DNA of 64,000 nt from positions 124,001 through 188,000 of the forward strand of contig JAQGDQ010000402.1 in assembly GCA_030141605.1 (NCBI GenBank), given 5' to 3'. The notes below the pieces were generated by a model that was not told the DNA's origin, did not search any database, and saw only the letters and a program-made list of their open reading frames with translations. The DNA comes from Tubiluchus corallicola. Lineage: Eukaryota; Animalia; Priapulida. The position numbers and the translations under genes are program-made. Below are positions 44,270 to 57,095 of the stretch, piece after piece (within the stretch, counting starts at the first letter, position 1; each line of letters opens with the position of its first letter).

Positions 44270-44770
44270 TCTAAATCAAGGTGCAGGCACTATACGATCT
44301 CAACGACGTACATGTTAATGAAAACGTCCAATTTTGTAGGCAATTACTGTAGGGATACACGGACAAGTAGATTTTCCCATAATGAACTTTTGGTGACATT
44401 TAATAGAAAAAAGACTTTTGGCAACCTTGGATTTTCTTCTTTTGCACCAAAATATTGGAACTCTTGCCTCAAAACCTCACAACTGTTTCTACAGTGCAAC
44501 TATTTATAAACGCTTGAAGACACATCTCTAAAAATTATTATGATCAATTCCAACTGTTGTAAACTTCAGTAATGACCAATTTTTTACTGTAATTTCTCTC
44601 TTCTAGACGATTTGTATGTTTTGTGCAAAAGTTTTAATAGTTTTATTAGTGTTACATTTTTTCATTTTCTTAATCGTGCTATTGTAGCTATAATATTTTA
44701 CTATACAGTGCCATTGAAACCGCTTTGCCTGAACGTGCACTTTATAATATTCATTTTATTATTTTATTTA
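44270..44770 (+). mobile_element. 3' fragment of an L2-like LINE
   Basis: TFGNLGFSSFAPKYWNS...KRLKTHL resembles the L2/CR1 ORF2 C-terminus; T-rich 3' UTR and short tail follow. Confidence 0.7.
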
Positions 44771-47700
44771 AATATATGTTTTTAAAACTGTAACTGATAT
44801 TTTGACTTCTTTATTTCATTTAAATTTCAAGTAAATTTTTGCTGCATATATTGCAGTATAAACGTAAAGCCAAATTTAAACACGAAATTTGATAAAGAAA
44901 TCAACAGAAGTGTAAAATTACCTACAAAATGCACCATAAATTAAAGTGGTCGGCGCCAGGCGCAGGCTCATTAATATCCTAAGGTTTCATTATGGAAGTA
45001 GTGTTTGTTCACATTTACCCAGGTATCTACTTTCTACCTGTGAAAAGGCCGACCAGGTAATATAATATGGCTCCACTTAGTGGTATGTCTAATGTGTGTT
45101 TAAACAGCCCTACAAGGTAATTAACATGTGATGAGTAACAAAAAATCACAGTAGTCGTTAACTTTGTACAGGTGCATAAGTTCGTAACTGTTGTCATTCA
45201 TTTGCAGTGGCTGATAGATTTTTGAAGTGCGTAGGTGCGGTACCGGTACGAAAATCATTTAGTTAAAATCTCTGAAGGGTGCGTAAGTTGGAATTTGTTC
45301 TGGGCTAGGTTAGACTGCATTCCTATTTTCAAATGTTTTGCCCGTAGAATGGACAGGTTATACGCATTATAAAGCTGAAGGTTGATCAACTGAACCTGAA
45401 GATTAAAATATGACATCGTTACAATGAAAATGACAGGTGTAATCGCTGACTAGCGACTGTTACATTTTATATGACAATAAAACAAAACAATTGTTTTATG
45501 AATGAAGATGCACAATATTTTTAATAAAACTTGTCCCTTTCAATTTGCAATAAGTTTGAAGTCTTCGGTAGAACTGGGCTTCCAAATGTTGGATGAAACT
45601 TGTCACCTGCGGACAGAGTATAGGTACTTTTATTATTAGAAAGATACAGACTATAATTGGTTCAGTTATAAACACATAGGTACTACTGTTTCAAAACTGT
45701 GACTTAAGACTGTGCCTAACTGTTTAACAATTATGAACCCTGTGTAATCACACTGCTGGCAAACTGCCCTCTAATTTTCAGACAACTCTAGGAAGCACCT
45801 CACTCATCTTGCTCGTTCATGCTTGTACTTTTGTTCCAGCATTAAGAGCCAAGGGATAATGGACTAAATCTCAACTTTATAAGACTTGAAATTACGTTAA
45901 TGTTATTTTTAAGAATTAGGTCCCCAGTTTTCAATCTTTTCATTGACTAGGCCTATATACGAATACATTGTAGCCTACACGTAATCCCGTTTTTTTTGTT
46001 CAGGTACTAATTACGAGATATACTGTATTTAATAAGTTTTGTTTTCTATTTTTGCCTTAAAATTAATTTTGGAAGAAAAGCAGCACTTGACACTCTGTAC
46101 GTGGCTTAAACAGGCAGAAGTTTTTACTTCATACAGGTAGTGTTTTTCAATGAAATTTTCTAAGTGTTTATTTACACATAAGCTTATGACATGAAGCCGT
46201 AACATCTGCATAGCCCATTATTACAGCCATTAGACCAATATATTTTTGATTGTTTTAACTGCCGTTTTTGTTGTGATTCACTGTCATTACAAAACTTGAT
46301 ATTTTTGTCAATTCTTCGCTTTAATATTACTTTTTTTTGGCTCGCTCTTTTGGTTTTGCTGCATGAAAACATTGTACATTATATATTTGAACAAATTGTA
46401 AAATATATGAAAATGTAGATGCTTGGTATTGAAACCGAAGCTTCAGAAAGTGATCCCAGTTCTGAATTCTTGTGAATTTTTATTAAAACTATTAATTTTT
46501 CAGCCTGCAAAAGATGGAAGATAATTTCAAGCTTGATTTCTGAACGATATTTATATTTTCTGCTAAAAGATAGACTAAAAGAAATAAAGGTGGTCTTGCC
46601 TGGGTTTTTGGTGACTAGGAATTCAATTTTAATTTCACGGCAGATGTATTATTCACTTATATTTCCCCAAATGTTTTTGCAATAGTTCGTTGTTGTCATA
46701 TACTGATAATTAGGTTCGACTAATAGATTACTATCTAATTTTGGCATGGCGGCAAACTTCTATAGACGAAACAAAAAAGGTCAGGTCAGTGGTACCAACT
46801 TTAACTGCTATTAATCACGCATTTCTTCTACATCTGTCTTCGGCGCTCATTATTAACAATACACGTTCCACTTCACAACATCCTTCATGGCCCATCTCCT
46901 TTGTCCACTTTGACATTGGCACAAACGGACGTTGTCCATACTCGAAGGTTCAAGTAGGTGATTACTATACATTAACCCACTCATTAACTCTTGTAAACCT
47001 ATGGATGACTGGTCATTTGAATGTCCAGAACATCTTATTGACCACAGTTTCTGCTTTCGGTGTGTTAAAGAAGACCGGTTAAGGGCTCTCATTAATATCC
47101 CTAGGGCAGTTGACTCTGGGTGGAAGGATCTATTCATGTCAACCAAATATGCGGATGGGAATAATTATGATGAGTGGAATTTAAGGAGTTGCAGACAGTA
47201 CCGTTGAAAAATAGATATTCTATATAACCTTAATAAAGTACGACTCGTCATATGGGTAAAATTACAATAGTACCTGTACAAGTCCAACTATAGTTAACTA
47301 ACAAGCCGATTTTAAGTTCAAGATTTAGATAATTTAAAAGTGCTTGGCTTAGTTGATCACACTTAAAGTTAAACTTTTATTTAAGTATTTAAACGCTAGA
47401 GTAGATAGTTATCAGGAGCTGATTTTATTTGAATGAATTAGCACCTCTTAATTGTCTCTTTATTTGAATTATAAAGTTTGTTCTTTCGAAATAATCATGA
47501 ATACAGCTGGGTGAAAAGCGGGAAGAAGGGCTTAGTTTGGAACACATATGGTTTTGGAATAATCGACTTGCCGTTTATTTATGCGGAAATGGTTAAAAAA
47601 AGTCCTCTGAATCATCTCTGACGTACTTGTTTGTTTATTCTTCACTTTTACATTTTTGTACCTGTCATCTACTTTTTTTTATATGCCGGCTACTTGAATT

Positions 47701-50700
47701 TGACGATCAACAGATTTCAAAATTTAGTGCAATTCACTTCTAAGAAAGACCGGAATTATTTAGACAAGGTGCACTTCTGACTTCATTTGATGTCATTCGT
47801 ATGAGCGTGCTTCCTGAGTTCCATTGCCATAAAATTGTTTTCCACATACTTTTTAGATTTCTAGCAGAAACTTGGTTAAGCAATAAACATTTTCTGAAGG
47901 ACATGTCGTTGCTCTGATCGTGTGGGCGCGCACAAATCTCAGAAACACAACTTTTATACAAAAACAAAGCACTGCTGAGGAACCTTACACGCCTGTTTAT
48001 TGAAGCAACACGCCGCATTGAGGCTGCCGGATTTGGCTTCTTTCAACACAGAAGCAAGAGATAACAGACTGGCGTATTTACTTTAAAATTTTGTTGTCAA
48101 CGAATAGAATTAACTGTTCATACCCGTCGCTAATGGATGGTTGTGGTTAGTATCAGTTGGTGTCAGTTCTTCTCAGATTCTAGTGATCAGAGTCATTAAA
48201 ATTTAGAGAATTTTTCCGAGAAATGTATTACAGTTGATCATCACCGAAAACTTTTATCCCATAGCTTCTATTTCAACCTTTAAATAATATGAAACTTCAC
48301 TTTTGGATTTTCCACGCTATTTGAATTAGTCGGAACTCAAAGATCATAATCGTAATAAGCAAACTTAACATGAACATTTTTATTCTTGGACCAGCAAGTG
48401 TTAGACTGTTAAATCTATACCTAATAGCTGTGTGTACTATTTTACAGCTGCTAGGATGCACTATGTTATGAATAAATTTCGTTTTGAGTTGATAAATATT
48501 TGAAGTCGTCATGTTTTGGCCTGTTGCTAGAACTTTGCAACTTACGTTTATGTTTAGTTGCTTTTTTACAAGTACAAAACGGTGTCCAGCACATAACGAC
48601 GGAGCCTACTTATCATGTAGATAATTGTTGCTTAAGACTTACATCATTATCAAGGATAAAATATTTTAAGGTGGGGTACTAAACCACAAGATATTCCTTA
48701 GCCACACTTCAATATGTGTACGTCTTTTATCAGTGAGACATATAGCTAGAACTAAAAGTAGTACGGCAGACTGAACCGCGGAAATGGCGATTTTCCTGAT
48801 AGACACCTATCCATTTAGTAACCATATCACAATAGTTCAACTTCTGTTGGTGACATTTTGCGCAAAATTGATCTGGATCGGTTCGTTTTGAAATATTAAA
48901 GAATTCAAAAATGCAAAATATTTTTCAAATAATTTATCTTGACCTGGCAAATTCATTTTTGCAAAAATACCTTCGTGTTTGCCCTCTGGCAAAGTAAATG
49001 TTCACCATTTTTCTTCTTTTTTTCTAGACTTGCTAAAAGAATGTAGAACACAACAATTCAAGCTGATAGTACATACTACTGCTGTTATGTTTTCTGGGTG
49101 TTGTTTGACTTGTTTCTAAGAACATTATAATTTTCCAACCTGACAAAGACTAAATTTTACATATTTAGAGAAGAATTCTGACGCTGACTTAGAAGTTCAT
49201 TAACGCAAATGAGATGATAAAATTTGCTGCTTCATGGTCTATTATGTCTGGCTGTTGGTTATAAGTTTTACTACACCCCGTGATAGAAACGCCCTTTCCC
49301 TGTAGTAGAGGAATTCCTCGATGACAGAGCGGTATGATTAATCGCGTCGTTTTGAAAATTACTAGTGAAAACAGGATGCATTGTTCTACTAATTTGAGGT
49401 GAATGCCTGCCGTATATCAAACGTTAAACTGTGGCCTTTTGTCGTGGCGGCGTGAGACTGCACAGTTGCCAGTTTCATAAAATGTTTATCTATATGCTAT
49501 ATGGTAAAGCCAGGTTCACATTTGCTCCAGACATCCCATTTACATGTATCAAGAAGCAGCGCCGCTGCCACGTTTTTCTACAAAATGGTAACTAGGATGA
49601 TGGTGTCCATGATGACAAATCACAGTTAATGATTACAAATAAGTGCGTCATTTAGCATAAAGATCGCAGAAGCTTTTTAATTTGTTAAATCTAATATAAC
49701 AAAAAAACGATGATGATAAATACATATTGATTCTCTGCCTGTTTTGATGTACTGTCATTTGATACCAATATAGTGCCATAAATGTTGTTAGTGAATTGAT
49801 AATGGCGATAGCTGTGGTGATGGCGGCAGTGGTGGACGATCGTTAAACGTTGATGTTGACTCGTTGATGACTTCATTGATAACAGTGATAACGTAGGAGA
49901 CAATGCTAGTATATTGTGTTCTAGCTTGCGCTGTTAAAGTGCTCATTCATTGCTTATCACTTTATGAGATTGATTAGACTATGAATAAGTAATTAATCAT
50001 GATTATGTCTGGATTAGAATTATTCTCAATTACACTAGAATTATATTTGCACTGAGCCGAGTCCGTTTATTACCAATGACCGCTCATTGAAGGCTTATTA
50101 ATGATTAGCAAGCACGCAGGACTAGTGCTTCAGCGTACTAGTAACACCACAGCAAAATGTATTAGCTATATCATATTGAAGCGTTTGCCAAACAAGCACC
50201 TTGTAGCTTTTAATATTTTCCAAATTCCTCACTCGCTCTTCCTGAAATAACTTTTAATTGGGAGCGAGACAGCGATGCTGTTGACTTGTTCCAAGGAAAA
50301 ACTGTTCTAAATTTAAGCGGAGCGCGCTGGTTGACTTGTATAAAAGTATAAATTTTAATAAAAGCCCGCAGCGTTTATGGCACGCTAATTGGCAAGACTC
50401 CTTGATGTAGGAAATCTAGGCGTGTTCAACGGATGTCATTATACGTCCTGAATTCGCCAACATGTTTTCTTAATTACGAATCCCAGGCGAGGGCAAATAT
50501 GGTCGAACCGTCCTGTTTGATATGTTAAATAGCACTGACTGAAATCAGAGTCGTAAATATAAATATTTTTGTTTTCATAAAGCGTTGATGAACGTATCGC
50601 GTTGCCAGGGCGCGCTGCATCTTCCGCCATCATCATTAGAACGGTGAATTCCCCTGCTTCCCAGCACGCTAACGACTCAGCCACAACAAACAAATTTGCA

Positions 50701-52773
50701 TTAGCACCGTCGGCGTTTAAATAAGCGGCGAGGATTAAAGTGATTTGTGAAGTTTCTTCCTTGAGCTTTATCTTCAACGAGATCCCAGGATCAACGAAGT
50801 TAAACGCTGCTTGGCTTCTTAAGTAGAAGCATATAGCATCCGTGTTTCCACTTCCCTTCGCGTCAATGACATTATCCGGTATTTCCACTCTAGGATATCA
50901 ATTTTGGGATTAGTTTTATTTTCAGCGTTCCAGTTCTCGGGATTGGGATCGCAGTGTCAAAATGTGTCGTCTTAAAATTATTCTCAAGCACATCTATTAC
51001 ACTTGACGTAAATTGTCATGACTTGATGCAACTTCAGTTTGCATAGCTAAGTCGTATAAATCTACGTAACTTGTAGTTTGAAAAGTCTTATATAGAAGAA
51101 TTCGAATATCAATAGTATTTTATCTTATGTTGTTAAAGGTGTAATAGATGGATATGAAAATGATGTAGCGATTAGTAAGCATTTGAAAACAGACATAAAT
51201 ATAGTAATGAATCTTTTTAACTCCATGCAGTCTGCCGTACATTGCTTAGCTAGTGAAGCATGTGTATTTTGCTGACAGCCTGGGGTTTGAAAACTTGCCT
51301 GGAATCTTTGGATTCATGCTCCGGTTTTGCGACCCATTAATCTCAGATACCTTATTAACAGTATTATAGCACCCAAAAAAAGGTTAAAGTAATACCAGTT
51401 TCAGTTTACCACAGACAAATCGTTCAAAGAGTACTGTGGAAGGTACATATTAGAATGTACTAACATCATAGACAGTGTCGTTTGGTGTTCTGAAAGCGTC
51501 AGTGACTTGGTATTTTGTTTATTTTAAATTAGGTCTTTTTACAGTTTTCACCATATAAATGTTTCATCGGTAATCGATAATAATCGATACATACAGAGTA
51601 GTCGATTATAACTTAGTCGTATTTAGACCATATGCAATGTAAACGTTATAACAGCAATTTGCAAATTTTTGGATGTCATGCTTACACATTTTGTTAGCTA
51701 ATTTTGATCCAAGTGTACGGTGTGGACCTTCATGTAAATATAAGGCTTATTTCTTTGTGCAAAGCCATCTGTTGGAATGTATCAACTACAGACTACATCT
51801 TCCCATGTTTATTGCGTGTCCTTTGCCATTTTTTTGTTTCGGCAGTTATTGCAGCTGTTTGAAACGCCATGCCAGATTTGCCTATCAGTGTTTATGCTTT
51901 TATGAACTTGGGATATTGTATATTCCTGTCTACTGGGTGTAGTAAACTGATTGAACTTTTCACATTATCAGAACTGTAGGTGAGATTTAAGCTTCGGTAG
52001 TAGTACTGACAAGCCACCAGCACGACAAATTGACATTACGTGTACGCCTGCTTGTTTTAGAAAATCATTTTAATTTTCCAAGTTTAAGTGCCGATTTCGC
52101 TTTTGTGAAATTTCCAAGCTTTCTAGGCCTGATAGCTTTGAAATGACTAGTTGATGTAGAAACCCTGCAACTTAGAGTCCCTGTATATATAGTAACTCTA
52201 GTGCAACTAAGCTGCTAGCGACATCTAGCGGGAAAAGTATTGATGAAATTCTTTGTGCAATTTGACTTTTTAACTTTTCGGTTTTGCCGTAGAAGCTTAA
52301 AGACAGTAAGAAATTTAAAAGAACTTGGTAGTAATGATGATGTTCAGACTCGTTCAATCGATTGAGTTTTACAATCTGATAATCAGTGATTAAACTTAAA
52401 CTTTTTTTAAAAAAAAATTGTAGGCCTTTTTTTCCTTACAGAGGAAACATTGAAGCCTATTGTAAAATGGTCTGTCTTGAATTAGCTTAACGAATTTCAA
52501 AATACGACAGGTGTATATTGATTCAAATAACCAATACTGAGTAAATTATAATTCATAATGACTTGTAAACTTATCCCAATTTTTAGGATAAATTTTCATT
52601 TCACAAATAGAGGTCTAACTGTACTGCACATTTGTTCAACTATTTGTATTGATATTAGTATCACCTGTGAAATTAGTTTCCAACTAATAATTGATTAAAA
52701 TTTTCATAATTATTTTAATTGGTCACTTGTTTTCCTTTAAGTTTAGTAAGCAAATTATCATTTTTTGTTACAG

Positions 52774-53238
52774 TTAGCAGAAGCAGGCAGCGAGTCACTA
52801 CCAACATGGTTACATTTTGACGAACATTCGTGGATGTTACAGGGTGTTCCCGGCCAGTCCGATGTTGGTCACAATTATTTGCTAGTTACAGCCTATAGTG
52901 ATGAAGACGAGGATGCTAAAGACGTGTTCGATGTAGAAGTGCTGCCATCCAGTGGCGAAAACAATGCTATTTTATTAGACAATTCATTACCTTGTGAACA
53001 GGGTGATTTGATGAACCTATTGACTGTTATTTTGGATGCAGATTTCCAAAATTTGTCGCCTGAAAATAAAGTTGGCTTGATAGAGCGAATGAAGTCACAT
53101 GTCAATGTCGCTCACGAATTGATGACGCTAACACCACGTGGAGATCGGAAGTTCTTCGATCCGGCTGCTGTGATGGTCGGTCCAGGGAACATTGGAATGA
53201 ATGTCCCCCTTCACAATGGAGTATTTATTTCATGGCAG
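52774..53238 (+). CDS. DAG1: Dystroglycan coding exon 2: alpha-DG N-terminal domain
   Basis: Acceptor ttttttgttacag; LPTWLHFD, LLTVILDAD, GPGN and ISWQ match dystroglycan LPSWLHWD, VLTVILDAD, AGPGN and LSWK; donor CAG|gtaatg, phase 0. Confidence 0.97.
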
Positions 53239-53599
53239 GTAATGTGATTTAAAAAATCAAAGCAGATTAAAAAAATTTTTATTAAAAACTATTGCTCTCA
53301 TCTTTTAATCTAAATTCACAGGGATAATTTGTAATTGATTGTGGCTGCTTTTTAATGAATTTTATCTATTTTAGTCATCAGTTTTAAGTGCTGTGCTAGT
53401 TAAAAACAGTTTTTTAAATCACCTTTTGCAAGTCAGCTGGTATTTGTATTTGGACCTTACTGTTCTGCTAAGGATGATACTAGCAAGTCGAAACCTACAG
53501 TTTGAAATGTTTCACGATTTCAAATCTTCAGTAACAATATAGTGGATAGGTAATGAGCAGTGGACAGTGCGCAACTTAACTATAAATGTATTTTTGCAG

Positions 53600-53741
53600 G
53601 TTGGCTGTGGAAAGAATCCAAGTATTTACACCATCCCAAGTTTATCTATCATAGAAAGTTCTGCACATGATGGTCGACTATCTGACCATCTTGGCTACCC
53701 AGTAGTTGGCTGGTATGTGGGAAATTACAAACCCAATCAAG
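53600..53741 (+). CDS. DAG1: Dystroglycan coding exon 3: end of the N-terminal domain
   Basis: Acceptor tttttgcag; VGC...LGYPVVGWYV matches vertebrate LGC...LGYPVVGWHI; donor G|gtaaca, phase 1. Confidence 0.96.
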
Positions 53742-54089
53742 GTAACAAATAATATCTTAATTTTGATCTAGTGTTGTTAAAAATGAGTTAGGCCCTTGGT
53801 CTCCTCCTGTTTTTTTTCACTTCCATTGTTAGTATTTAGCTAAGCATTTTTAACACAACATAGCTAGAATGTATTCTAATATTTATTAGGCATTGTATCG
53901 ATTTTCAATTACCATTTGAATTTTAGTTAAAATTGGGCAAATCAGAATAGTGATAAAGTGATTTAATTCTCTTTAGAACTAAAATTATTATCTTGGCCAG
54001 CTTTATTGGTTTAGAACAGATTTACAAAAGGTAAAATTTATTATCAGGTATGTTAAAACAACTTCTTAACGGGTTTTAAAATATTGCAG

Positions 54090-54268
54090 GTAAAAGATTA
54101 AAAAGACAATTATGGCTACAAGCGACGGCAACTGCAGCCCCTCTGCCACCTTCTCCGTACACAACCAAGGTAGAAGAGGCCACAATGACAACAAGAATCA
54201 TACCTAGCATGGTGTCGCCCACTGTGAAAGCCACTGAGACTGAAAAACAACCAACTAAAACTAAACAG
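54090..54268 (+). CDS. DAG1: Dystroglycan coding exon 4: furin site and start of the mucin-like region (absent from the ORF track)
   Basis: Acceptor tattgcag, phase 1; translates GKRLKRQLWLQATATAAPLPPSPYTTKVEEATMTTRIIPSMVSPT..., aligning with vertebrate RxRRQIHATPT...SRIVPTPTSP; donor CAG|gtaaga. Confidence 0.93.
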
Positions 54269-55024
54269 GTAAGAACTCATCATATTTTCACCTGTTGATC
54301 TCTAACCGGCAATTGAGAACCAACAAATTTGGAAACATGAGTTTGTATTGTACTGCAATTTGTGCTAAGTTTATTTTGATTTGCTTAAGGGAAAATTTGT
54401 ATAAAACAAAAACATGAAAGTCCAGAGTGGTGTCCGTCTACAAACATTTATGTGCTTACAAACACCAAGTTTAAAGTCATCAGCAAACTATTATAAGACC
54501 TGAAAAATACATGTGGGATACATATTCACACTTTATATTAATTTCGTCAATTTTTGCTATGCTGATAAGGAAATGATGCTTGTGGAAAGGCTTTTGTCAT
54601 CTGTTCCGTAATATCCCCAATTTTCGGGGATTTAAAAATTACTTCCTTTTGTCCTGTCTGATGACGTCAAAAGGACAAAGTGCTAGAATATCTTACTTCT
54701 AATCCAGATGCAGCGGTGAAATTCAAAGTCCTTTGACACAGTCATGGAAAACATGTCTTTTAGGCCAGATTTTTTTCATTTTTCAAGCATACGTCCTTTG
54801 TTTTCATTTTCTGTTAAATATTTTTGTGCCATAATAAGCAAAAAATAGTCCGTTAAACAAATGTAGGTGTGACCTAACGCCAGAATCTCGAATTATAAAG
54901 TTTAGTATACAAATTGTATAATTGGCAATTTTTAAAACCAAAATATGCAAGATCATTGTAGAAAGCACAAAAAGCAAATTCGAAAAATAAAATGGATGCA
55001 GATAGCACCACCTGCTTTTGTCTT

Positions 55025-55570
55025 TCACCTTGCAACTAAGTGATTGTTTGAATTTGCAACACTTGTGCTGGACATAACTAAGTTGTCTTTGTCCAATTTT
55101 GTTATTTTCGAATAAGCCCATTTCAAATACCTAGACTTTTCTATCCAAAGGATTTTTTGTAGCATTATTCTGTCATCTTTACATATGGACAGGGTGAATA
55201 CGTCCTGAGGTAATTCTTCTTGTATGACTGTTAGACCATCTGAACAGATTTTCTGTATGACCACGTTCAAACTACACACTACACGATAAATTTAATAATC
55301 ACGATGTATTAATAAAAGGAGTGTTAAACCTCTACTTATGCATACCTTTGGAATAAGCACTTTCTTTAAGCTGATAGTGTTTAGAAGTGTTGCGAGAGAT
55401 ATCACATAAATTGTTTTAAAGCAGAAAATATCTTCTTACTATAATAAACAAAGTGTCTTTTAAAAAATCCCATTTTTGCAAAAATGATCTATTTTAAATG
55501 AACCCCGCATGTTAGAAACTTACACTTGCTATCGTAATCTGCTTAAGTGACGTTTTGTTTTCATGGCATT
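55025..55570 (-). pseudogene. Decayed tandem paralogue of exon 1 of the nested LRR gene, including its upstream sequence
   Basis: VIQEELPQDVFTLSICK...AYSKITKLDKDNLVM...NSNNHLV aligns with VIQKGLPQKVFSLSIRK...AYSNVNKLEKDTLAM...NSNNRLV; start ATG is ATA; frameshift and stop after LKKVL; upstream DNA (aatgatctatttt) also shared. Confidence 0.8.
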
Positions 55571-56427
55571 GTCCTTGCAGAACAACAAATATGCAGGAAA
55601 ATGGGTTTTCAATGTACGAACGTTCTAAGTTAGCTTGTATAGCTTCACGTATAGTAGGAGTAATACTAAAAAGGTTATGCCTACTGCTGATAGAGAGACC
55701 CAGTAGGCGCTAATAGATCAACTAGCCGCAGCACTTTCAAACGCCAAAATTAAACAGTTAATCTTAGGAAGCCAACTGACTGATAGGCTGCAAGTTGTTA
55801 AGTTCTTGGTACTGAGAGTGTACCTTGTATGAGTGTGTGGCTAAAATGAATAAAGTCAAATGTGATATGGTACCCGCATTTTTAAATAGTTTTTTAACTT
55901 TACAGTGTTGTGTTAAGTGCTCTATTTTAATTTGGTCAAGTAAATATACACGTAGAACTAATAAAAAGAGCGTGATACCTTCTGTTTAGCTACAACGATT
56001 TATGTACTAACATAATATCATGTTTCACTTTATACAGAATACAGAATAATATATTTGTCTCACTAATTGTAGTAAACATAGCATTAACAAATGCTGTGAC
56101 AGCTAAGAGAGACAGGGTGGCGAAAGACCGAACGGTCATCAAGTCTACCACCCTTCTACTAAGTTGATAACAAAACTCTACTTAGATTAGCACTGTGAGC
56201 TGTGTAAATTAAGCGTTAGAGGTTTAAATGCTATTATATTTTATCTTAAGCATTATTTTTGTACAACAGCAGTTGTTAGTAGCACGCGCAAATGCTATAC
56301 TTTAGTTTCAAACCAACAGGTAACTATTATCGCCACCCCTTCCCATTTGGTTGGCTATTATAATTATGCTACTAAGCTTTAATCGATGTTGTATGTGGGA
56401 AAAACAATAAATGATTTGATTTGATTA

Positions 56428-56681
56428 TTATTTTATGAACAGCACTGTATGTACATGGATAATTAAAGAAAATAAAAACACCAGTTCATAAATATCATAT
56501 TTGTAAGACTTGCCACCTGCAGTCAAATACCTAGATTCTCTCGACTTTTTGCATCCAAATTCGCTGAGTTTAATTCGATTTGTACGATGCCTTCTGTACG
56601 GTTGCCTGCAATCAACGCCACTTTTTTGCCACTTGACTGATTTTATCCATTGCATGGTACAGTTGCATATTAGTGGACTAT
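56428..56681 (-). CDS. Nested antisense LRR protein, exon 2 (LRRCT cap and hydrophobic tail)
   Basis: Acceptor ttattgtttatgacttcag gives a phase-1 join IQIFIL-D-SPLICNCTMQWIK...C..P...L..FGC, an LRRCT pattern; ends ELVFLFSLIIHVHTVLFIK*; the 3' end is less certain because internal donor-like sites exist. Confidence 0.72.
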
Positions 56682-56992
56682 CTGAAGTCATAAACAATAA
56701 CCTATTTTACCAGCAGGAGAAAATAAATCTATGGCGTCATATCATTGGAGTAGGTAATTGCTTATAAAGAAATCCCAGTGAACATGTCGTCAGAGGTGCT
56801 GAATGGCTTTTAACTCTTATTGGTTTGACTTTTGGGCTCAGTCATCGATACATTTCGAAGAACATTGTTATTGGACTGTGAGACAAACAAAGCAAAAATT
56901 AATGCGAGTCTAGCTGACAAATCAGAAAACTCCATTATTCTTGGTGGTCACGCAAAATGTTGGAAATTGCTTTGTCTGTTAGACAACGGGAA

Positions 56993-57095
56993 AAGCTCTG
57001 AGTGGTGACAATACGTACTTAACAGCTGAAGTTCATCAGTCCATAGCCCATGTAGTAGCTGGATGGATCACTGCCAGGAAAATCAGTTCAGTGTA
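56993..57095 (+). mobile_element. Second SINE-like fragment with a 5S rRNA-like segment
   Basis: agctctgagtgg...gaagttcatcagtccatagcccatgtagtagctggatggatcactgccagg has the same layout as 29871-30000. Confidence 0.5.

Noticed and set aside
54082-54096. AG|GTAAAA at the exon 4 start as a recursive splice site
   Set aside because: Explained by Gly-Lys codons; its use would frameshift the mRNA
56810-56876. Possible extra LRR-gene exon (SNNNVLRNVSM...) after a cacag acceptor
   Set aside because: Phase is incompatible with the phase-1 donor at 57709 (immediate stop); the direct join to 56681 is in frame
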